Shown here piece after piece: positions 55,704-62,918 of a DNA stretch of 64,000 nucleotides. The translations under genes and the position numbers were made by a program. Under the pieces are notes generated by a model that saw only the letters and a program-made list of their open reading frames with translations, was not told the DNA's origin and did no database searches. Source of the stretch: an uncultured Eubacteriales bacterium (GTDB lineage: Bacteria > Bacillota > Clostridia > Oscillospirales > CAG-382); contig CAKSUT010000002.1 of assembly GCA_934502885.1 (NCBI GenBank), forward strand, positions 76,554 through 140,553. Reading direction: 5' to 3'. Positions within the stretch are counted from its first letter, which is position 1. Each line of letters starts with the position of its first letter.

Positions 55704-56941
55704 GATTTACCACCGTTTCTTTCGACGAGTTCTTTATATTTCCCTACAAGTATTTCGCAATACTTCGCCGACGTAAGAATTTCACTTTTGCGTTTTTCGC
55801 AGTTTTCTTTTAAAAAGGCATACTTCTTTTCGTCGGAAAGCATCCTTTCAATCGCCTCGGCAAAACATTCTGGCGCGGCGTCCTTTGCGAGAGCTCCGGT
55901 AACGCCGTCCGAGACAAGCTCCGCCATACCGCCGCTGTTTACCGCAACGACAGGTGTACCGAGTGAAAATGCTTCGAGTATCGTTAACGGACAATTTTCA
56001 TACCACACCGACGGCACGGCGACGACTGCGGCGTTTCTCATAATTTCAGTCAATGAGTCCGCACCGAGAAATCCTATGTTTTTTATGTTGTCAGCATCGC
56101 AAAGCTCACTTTCCAAAGGTCCGCTTCCGGCAAAAATAAAATCATACTGCGGAAGTCTCTTTGCGGTTTCGACAAGCACGGTCACGCCCTTTTCGTAAGA
56201 GAAGCGTCCTGCGAAAAGCACATACGGGCGCATCTTCGGATACTGCGGCTCATTTATTCTTATTTCGCTTTTTTGCGGCGTCGCGACAAAATTGTGAAGC
56301 ATTAGGGTTTTGCCGTCGTAAATATCGGACTCCTCGCGGAGCTTTGTTTCGAGAAACCTACTCGGGCATATATAGAGGTCGGGGAGGCGGTAAGTGCCGA
56401 GTGCGCGGTAAAGTGCGGACTCAAGCACACCGATAATGCTCTTTGCTTTCGAGCCGTGAATACAGCCGTATTTTACGCAGTTGCTCTTTCCTCTGCCGAC
56501 ACATCTTGTACACGCACGGTTTTCGGCAAAATTGTAAAGAAGGTGATTCGGGCATATCATCTGGTAATCGTGAACGGTCTGAACAAGCGGTATGCCGCGC
56601 TTTTTCACAGCGTATATTATCGACGGCGTGAGCTGAAAGTTTATGTTGTTCATATGAACGACATCGGGACGAAAGGCGTCAAGTACGAGTCCTATTTTTT
56701 TATACGCCTCGCGTGAGTAAATAATCTTAAACGGATAAAGAAAACGCTCCGCTGACTTTGAGTGAAAGTCCATATTTTGCGTATTGAGACCGAGAGAATT
56801 TCCGACGGTGTTTTTTTCGTCATACATTCCGAAGTAGCCGACCTCATGACCGAGCTTCTTTAAGCCCTCTCCGAGAGAAAGCATATAGCTCTCCGCACCG
56901 CCGCGCGGATACAGAAATTTATTTACCATGAGTATTTTCAC
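55700..56941 (-). CDS. GT4 (GT-B fold) glycosyltransferase
   Basis: N-terminal MKILMVNKFLYPRGGAE and the C-terminal EX7E-type block PSVWYENCPLTILEAFSLGTPVV. Confidence 0.8.
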   Translation of the reverse strand: MKILMVNKFLYPRGGAESYMLSLGEGLKKLGHEVGYFGMYDEKNTVGNSLGLNTQNMDFHSKSAERFLYPFKIIYSREAYKKIGLVLDAFRPDVVHMNNINFQLTPSIIYAVKKRGIPLVQTVHDYQMICPNHLLYNFAENRACTRCVGRGKSNCVKYGCIHGSKAKSIIGVLESALYRALGTYRLPDLYICPSRFLETKLREESDIYDGKTLMLHNFVATPQKSEIRINEPQYPKMRPYVLFAGRFSYEKGVTVLVETAKRLPQYDFIFAGSGPLESELCDADNIKNIGFLGADSLTEIMRNAAVVAVPSVWYENCPLTILEAFSLGTPVVAVNSGGMAELVSDGVTGALAKDAAPECFAEAIERMLSDEKKYAFLKENCEKRKSEILTSAKYCEILVGKYKELVERNGGKS

Positions 56942-58263
56942 AGCATACGGCCTCCAGTCGGGGTTTTATTTTTCGCGGCAACACCGCCGAATATCTTTTC
57001 GTCTGCAAGCTTAACCCGGCTGTCATAGCCGTTTCCGCTCATCAGGATGGCAAGCGTTGCGGTGAGAAGAGGATAGTTCATCGTGTTGTCGGTCATGGAG
57101 ACGACAACGAGGTAGAGCGTGAGTGCGAACACTGTTGCCGTGCGGTCGGCGCTGTCCTTTCCGAAACGGCGTATACGCAAAAGCGTCATCGACAAAAGCC
57201 ACGCAATATAGCCCCAAAATCCGAGGTCGATATAGTATTGCAGAAAATCGTTGTGTACAGCGGAAACGCCTACATTCATGTCGGAACTCAGATTATACGT
57301 GAGAAAACCGATGCCGTGTCCGAGAAAGTCGGGGGAAAATTCGTAAAACCTGTCAACGGCGGCGTAAATTTCGGCACGCCCGGTTGTATCGACGCCGCTT
57401 CTTTCAAGGTACTCGAATGCGCCGAACTTTATTACGGCAATGTACGCAAAGAGTGCGGCAACAATCAAAACGGTGAGAAAAACAGCAACTCCGACGGCGG
57501 TTTTCGCACTGTATTTTGCGATAAACTTTATAAACAGTCCTATGAGCAGTGCCGCCGCAACGGCAACGATTCCTATTCTCTTGAACGCACTTACAAAGCA
57601 GAAGAGTGTGACGGCAAGAAGGATAAAATAGGCTTTGCTTTTTTGCGGCTTCATGAGCATAAAGATTATGTATGCGCCGAGGCAAAACGCAAGCTCGTGT
57701 ACTTCGGCACGCACTATTATTTCTCCCGTGTCGCCGGCGAAGGTGACGACGAGTCTTATAAGCTCCGAAAGGTAGCTTCCGAGTCCGAATTCGACCACTA
57801 TTTTCGCTATCATGAGCAGGTTCGCCGCAAGCATTGCCGCAAGGTTATACCATATCCCCCGTTCGCCGAACATATACAGAAACGCCGCCGCGGCAAGTGC
57901 GAAGGAGAGCATATTGTTGTAGGCAATCGAGCCGGACAGCCCCCTTGCGATGACCGAGGTATCGGCATGACCGGCAAACCATATATAAAGAGACACCGTG
58001 AGAGTCACAAAAAGAGGTACGCTGTACGCAAGGGCGTCCTTCAGCGAGACAACGCCTCTCGCGATATTCGGCCTCACAAGGAAGCAGAGGAAAGCGAATG
58101 CGGTAAGAGTGAGAGCAAACACATGGCGATAGGTCACGAAGACGCCGACATTGAGGATTTCGTTGATGAAAAAATACATCATTACAGCAACAGCAAAAAA
58201 CACCGCCTTTTTTGTTCTCACGACTGTTTCGTTCTCTCCCATATATGCGTTCACCGCATTCAC
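56938..58263 (-). CDS. O-antigen ligase/polymerase-like (Wzy-type) polytopic membrane protein
   Basis: About 10-12 TM helices with one larger loop (GRAEIYAAVDRFYEF...HGIG...VHNDFLQYYIDLG), typical of the Wzy_C family. Confidence 0.6.
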   Translation of the reverse strand: MNAVNAYMGENETVVRTKKAVFFAVAVMMYFFINEILNVGVFVTYRHVFALTLTAFAFLCFLVRPNIARGVVSLKDALAYSVPLFVTLTVSLYIWFAGHADTSVIARGLSGSIAYNNMLSFALAAAAFLYMFGERGIWYNLAAMLAANLLMIAKIVVEFGLGSYLSELIRLVVTFAGDTGEIIVRAEVHELAFCLGAYIIFMLMKPQKSKAYFILLAVTLFCFVSAFKRIGIVAVAAALLIGLFIKFIAKYSAKTAVGVAVFLTVLIVAALFAYIAVIKFGAFEYLERSGVDTTGRAEIYAAVDRFYEFSPDFLGHGIGFLTYNLSSDMNVGVSAVHNDFLQYYIDLGFWGYIAWLLSMTLLRIRRFGKDSADRTATVFALTLYLVVVSMTDNTMNYPLLTATLAILMSGNGYDSRVKLADEKIFGGVAAKNKTPTGGRML

Positions 58264-58299
58264 CTCCCCTCTCCCTGCCTCGCGGCATCCCGTTTTGGC

Positions 58300-60186
58300 T
58301 TATACAGATTCTTTACTTCCGGCGCTCTTTTTCGCCGGCTTTGACGTATACGGCTTCTTGTTTTTTATCGTTTCGGTAAGAAGTCTTCTCGCCGTCATAT
58401 TGTCGCCGAACTTTTCGGCGATTCCGACCTTATATTCGATGCCGATATCCGCAAGCTCTTCACGTTCGTCGAGTCTCAGTGCGAAAATGCGCATTATATC
58501 GCCGACATTTCCGTAGTCGGTATCGTGCGCAAGCACGATAAAGCTTCCGTTGCCGTTGTATATGTACTCGGCTTTTGTTTTTCCGAATGCCTCTGTCAAA
58601 AGACGTGTGAACAGGCTTATCACATCGTCTCCGGTATTCCGTCCGTACTCCGCGTTTATTTCGGAGAGGTTGGATATATCGGTCATGCAGTAAACCATGC
58701 CGCTTTCAAGGTGCTTTTTGTCGGTATCCTTGAGGTACTTATCGAAGTAAGCGCGGTTTCCGAGGCCCGTAAGGCGATCTGTATAGAATAAGTGGTTTAT
58801 TATATCGCCGACTCTCGCAAGAACCGCCGCGCCTCCGCAGAACACCACCATGAGGAATATGAAAGCGATTGCGGTATAGAGCTTCACGTTTATGCTCGGT
58901 TTTACCGAGGACGATGCAAGAACAGAGATATAGCTTGCGCCGAGGTACTCGTTGTATTCATTGTTTGTCTCGACCGTAAGGTCATAGAGCTTTGTAAGCT
59001 CCGTCAAAAGCGCGTCTATATCGGCGTCTATTTTCTCGCGTATTCCGGGATAGTTCGGGTCATTAAGCTCAGAACAAGTGAGCTGCGACTCAAGGCACTC
59101 ACCGTTTTCGCAAAGTCCCGTACATTCCGCAAAGGTATTTATGACGTAGCGGCAGTATGCGGAATCGATAACGGCGTGCTCCTTCTTCTCGTTGTGGTCT
59201 CTCCAGCCGTAGATAAGCTCATCGTATGTGACTGTCTGGTCTCCGCCCGAATACTCCGAGAGGTTTCTTTCATGCACGTTGTCGAGAATGTACTCGTAGG
59301 TTATATCGGTATTTCCCGACTCACGCATTTTTTTGACGTAGGCGTCGATGACGGTAACGATATCGTTTACAAGGCTTGTTTCCTTGGCGTTCGAGATATT
59401 GTTTTCGTCTATTCTCACGGAGTAATCGGCAACGAGAACGGTTTTGTTTCGTGTCACCTGATGCTTGTATATTCTCGAAAAAAGCGACGAGACCTTGACG
59501 TCTCTCAGGTAGTTGAACTCCTCTGCGAGGTCGGCGAAGGAAACGCCGTTCTCCGTCGAGCGGTAATAACTGTTCTGAGCCATTCTCCTGTACAGAGTGG
59601 CAAGCGTTTCGTTTATGTCGGAGTCTATAAGCTCCATAATCTCGATGTAGTCATATGTGCCGTCGGCAAGGTTCTTTACGGTATTGTCCGCAGGAGCGAC
59701 GTTTACGTACTTTCTGCTGTATTCGGCAAAGTACACGTCGAGAGTTTCGTCAAGAACGCTTCTTGCAAAGCCCTCACCCTCTTTGTTCGTTGCGGTAAAC
59801 GAGACGATAAACGTACTCGGTTCGTAAACATATTCCTCTCCCTCGTCAAGCTTCGCCTGTTTCTGCGCGACCTTGTCGCTGTCGGGTATAGGAGTTATGC
59901 TTATTCTCGAAATGAGGCTGTCAACCGAATAAATGCCGGTAAGTCCCATTCTCTCCACGACCTTCGACATAACAGACGAGGATTTTATCTCGTTTACGTC
60001 GAGTTTGTCACCCGTCGGCGCAAGCCCCTTCTCCGCCGCTTCGTCGTTGTAGTGTATGACCTCGGAGGCGACGTAGGTATTGGATGATTTAAGTTTCACA
60101 TATATTCCGTAGGTTGCAAGAATACAGAAAACCGCGATAAAAGGCACGAATTTCCGCAAATATCCGAGCATCCGAAAGTTATTCAT
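58300..60186 (-). CDS. Wzz-like polysaccharide co-polymerase fused to a degenerate (GNGSF) GGDEF domain
   Basis: TM1 at aa 13-31, an extracytoplasmic region of about 400 aa, TM2 at aa 434-457. The C-terminal 150 aa carry DRLTGLGNRAYF and DISNLSEINAEYGRNTGDDVI. GNGSF (nt 58540-58554) replaces GGDEF, and KTKA sits at the RxxD I-site position. Confidence 0.7.
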   Translation of the reverse strand: MNNFRMLGYLRKFVPFIAVFCILATYGIYVKLKSSNTYVASEVIHYNDEAAEKGLAPTGDKLDVNEIKSSSVMSKVVERMGLTGIYSVDSLISRISITPIPDSDKVAQKQAKLDEGEEYVYEPSTFIVSFTATNKEGEGFARSVLDETLDVYFAEYSRKYVNVAPADNTVKNLADGTYDYIEIMELIDSDINETLATLYRRMAQNSYYRSTENGVSFADLAEEFNYLRDVKVSSLFSRIYKHQVTRNKTVLVADYSVRIDENNISNAKETSLVNDIVTVIDAYVKKMRESGNTDITYEYILDNVHERNLSEYSGGDQTVTYDELIYGWRDHNEKKEHAVIDSAYCRYVINTFAECTGLCENGECLESQLTCSELNDPNYPGIREKIDADIDALLTELTKLYDLTVETNNEYNEYLGASYISVLASSSVKPSINVKLYTAIAFIFLMVVFCGGAAVLARVGDIINHLFYTDRLTGLGNRAYFDKYLKDTDKKHLESGMVYCMTDISNLSEINAEYGRNTGDDVISLFTRLLTEAFGKTKAEYIYNGNGSFIVLAHDTDYGNVGDIMRIFALRLDEREELADIGIEYKVGIAEKFGDNMTARRLLTETIKNKKPYTSKPAKKSAGSKESV

Positions 60187-60225
60187 TTCACAAAGCCCTT
60201 TCTTTTCATGGATTTACGCCGCGCG

Positions 60226-61587
60226 TCATTTCTTCTTCGGTATCTTCCCCGATACTGCGAAAAGAAGGAACGAAAAATACGCGAAAACTCCGAACAATAC
60301 CGTCATTTTTAAGACCTTCAGGACCGAATGACCGTATATGCTTAAGGAAATGCACTGATTCATAACGTGATTGGAATACTCGCGTCCCGCCGCAATTACC
60401 TTATCGGAAAACGCCCTTATGCTTTCGTCTATCGAGGCTATAAGATTGTCTGCCTGCGCACGCGCATCTTCGCCGCCGTCGGCGTTTTCTATATTCTCTA
60501 TCACGAGGTTGTTGTCCATTATCGCCTTTTCGTTTTCGGCAACCTTGTCGCTGTATTCGGTCGCCATCACCGAAAGCTCATCTATTCCTACCTTTGTTCG
60601 TCCCATGTAGTACTTTCCTCTTCCGTCCCAGGTCGGCACGAGAACGACTCTCGTCATTTCCTCGGAGTACATTGCAATGGCGTCTCTGCAAAGAGCAAAC
60701 GATGCCGCGGATTTCTGTCTGTCGAAGTCGGTGTTTACATTGCGGTAGGAAAGTCTGTCGGTATATTCGGTTTTGTCGCGTACTATGCCGTGACGAAGTA
60801 TGAGCGAGCGGAGATTCTGCTCAATCTGCGTTTCACGGAAGCTGTAAATCTCCCCGGCAACAGAGCTGAAGGTCATGTTTTCACTTGTGACAAAGCTCGA
60901 ATTTTTCTCGCCGAGACCGTAGAGATAATTGAGAAGCGAAGTTGTTTCCTTGTTGAAGTACGCAACGACGTCCATATACTCCATGCCGTAAAGGTCGGTG
61001 TCTTCGCCGAGTATATTCATTTTGTAGCTGTCCGTATAACGAGAGGTGTAATATTCCTTATAGGCGGTCGCAACAAGCTTTATCACGTTTTCGGCATTCA
61101 GATGACGGGTCTTTTTTGAGGCATAGTAGGATATAACGTATTCCGTCGATATGTGATAGTCAGACTTTTTTCCTACACCGCCCTGCACGTAGGGATAGAC
61201 TGAAATGCACTTTTTGAGGTCGCTCACCGTAACATTCTCGAAAGCACCCTGCTCTATCGCCTTGCTTATTACCTCGTCGCACACCATCTCCGCCATATTG
61301 AAGCGCGTTCCGTTTGAGTTGAGCGCACGCGACGCCTCGGGGTAGTTTAGAGACACAACGGCGTATACATAGTTCTTCGCGTTTATGTGATATCCGACGC
61401 CGAAGGAACACGTGAGAAGCATCGAAATCACAAGAATCCATACATTTACGATATCGGCGTTTTTTAATACTCTCAAAAGCTCTCCGTGAGAAATGTTTCT
61501 CGCACGGAAAAGAATCCTTACCGCGGCGGCAAAAAGCGCAAGTCCCGCAATCGCCGCCGGAATATAACGCATAAGAGAAACGTTCAT
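60226..61587 (-). CDS. Hypothetical membrane protein with co-polymerase-like topology (N-terminal TMs, large outside domain, C-terminal TM)
   Basis: TMs near aa 9-28, 48-68 and 425-447. YVYAVVSLNYPEASRALNSNG resembles the start of Wzz periplasmic domains. There is no cytoplasmic domain. Confidence 0.5.
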   Translation of the reverse strand: MNVSLMRYIPAAIAGLALFAAAVRILFRARNISHGELLRVLKNADIVNVWILVISMLLTCSFGVGYHINAKNYVYAVVSLNYPEASRALNSNGTRFNMAEMVCDEVISKAIEQGAFENVTVSDLKKCISVYPYVQGGVGKKSDYHISTEYVISYYASKKTRHLNAENVIKLVATAYKEYYTSRYTDSYKMNILGEDTDLYGMEYMDVVAYFNKETTSLLNYLYGLGEKNSSFVTSENMTFSSVAGEIYSFRETQIEQNLRSLILRHGIVRDKTEYTDRLSYRNVNTDFDRQKSAASFALCRDAIAMYSEEMTRVVLVPTWDGRGKYYMGRTKVGIDELSVMATEYSDKVAENEKAIMDNNLVIENIENADGGEDARAQADNLIASIDESIRAFSDKVIAAGREYSNHVMNQCISLSIYGHSVLKVLKMTVLFGVFAYFSFLLFAVSGKIPKKK

Positions 61588-61627
61588 ATAAATTCTCTCT
61601 TTCTCTGTAAATTAGTCCAAAGCACTG

Positions 61628-62893
61628 TCAGAACCTGTTTATATCGATAATGACAAGCTCGGGAGGATTGTTTATTCTGAATATGCTGCCGTTGTCAAGT
61701 CCGGAGCTTACGATAAGCGGACAGCCGGAAACGTCGTATCTGCCGTAGATGAAATGACCGCTTCTCTCGGGGAAAAATCCGTCCTCGTGCGTGTAGAGTG
61801 CGCCGAGTATCGGTACTTTCACCATGCCGCCGTGCGTATGACCGCATACAAGAAGGTCGCCCCAGAAGTCAAATTCGTACTCTTCAAAGACAAACGGTTC
61901 GTGAAGTGCGGTTATTTTGAGGTTGTTCGGATTTTCGTAGATGTAGCTTTCAAAGCTCTCTCCGGCATACGACCAGAAAGACGAAGGGTTCGATGTGAGT
62001 ACGCCGTAAATATCTATGCCGAGGTTCCCGACGGTTATCGTATCGCTTTCGTTTTTCAGAACCTTGGCTCCGCTTTCTTCGATAAGCTTTCGGAGTTCAT
62101 CGTCCTCCGAAAGAAGCGCACTCGGCTTCCTCTCCTCGTCCGACGAAAAGCCGTATTTTTGGTCGAGTGACTCCTGCGTGAGCGCCTCACCGTACACTCT
62201 CTCAACCTCGTTGTTGCCGTAGATATAATATGTGGGCACAGTCTTAGCAAGCTCCGCGCAAAGCTCTGCAATGTCCTCGGCGGAGGCGGCGGTCGCATCT
62301 ACACAGTCGCCGGTGAGGATTATAACGTCGGGCTTCAGCTTCTCTATGCGCGAGGTAAGCTCCGAGTTGTTTTCTCCGTAGGTGCGGCTGTGGAGATCCG
62401 AAATCTGAATGACGCGTACTCTTTCATCAGTCTTTATACTGCTGACAGCATAGAAGGTTTCGGTGAATCTTTGGTTTTCCGCGTAGTTCACCGCAACCGC
62501 GGCGGCCGCCAGAGCGACGCACAGAATGATCGCGGCGGCAAAGAACAGCACAACGCCGAGAACCCTGCTCTTCTTTTTCTCTTTCGGGGAATATATCACC
62601 GTTCCGTCGGCATTTCTCTCGTGTATGCTTATCTTTTTTACGTAGCCTGCCGCAGAGCATATGCCTACGCGCAAAAGCTCCTTGTAGTTCTTATTAAACG
62701 CACCGAGAGGTTCTTTGCCGCAATAGCCGATTACCACCTCGTCCGCCGAGATTTTCTCGAACGTAAAGTGCGAGACCCACTTTTCCCAAGCCTCCTCCGG
62801 CATTGTCATGCGCAGGTTCTCTGCGATAAGCTCCGCTGTATTCGCTTCGTTTTCGACCGCTTCACCGACCGCGTTTTTGTCGTTTGTATTCAC
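61628..62893 (-). CDS. Membrane metallophosphoesterase (YkuE-like) with N-terminal DnaA_N-like domain
   Basis: ORF 61628..62947 trimmed to the GTG at 62893, 5 nt after GGAGGAA. The N-terminal segment EEAWEKWVSHFTFEKISADEVVIGYCGKEPLGAFNKNYKELL has the pattern of DnaA domain I. A TM follows (VLGVVLFFAAAIILCVALAAAAVAV). MPP motifs: ISDLH, GDCVD, GNNE, GHTHGG. Confidence 0.65.
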   Translation of the reverse strand: MNTNDKNAVGEAVENEANTAELIAENLRMTMPEEAWEKWVSHFTFEKISADEVVIGYCGKEPLGAFNKNYKELLRVGICSAAGYVKKISIHERNADGTVIYSPKEKKKSRVLGVVLFFAAAIILCVALAAAAVAVNYAENQRFTETFYAVSSIKTDERVRVIQISDLHSRTYGENNSELTSRIEKLKPDVIILTGDCVDATAASAEDIAELCAELAKTVPTYYIYGNNEVERVYGEALTQESLDQKYGFSSDEERKPSALLSEDDELRKLIEESGAKVLKNESDTITVGNLGIDIYGVLTSNPSSFWSYAGESFESYIYENPNNLKITALHEPFVFEEYEFDFWGDLLVCGHTHGGMVKVPILGALYTHEDGFFPERSGHFIYGRYDVSGCPLIVSSGLDNGSIFRINNPPELVIIDINRF

Positions 62894-62918
62894 GCCTTTC
62901 CTCCTTAACCGCCGCAAA

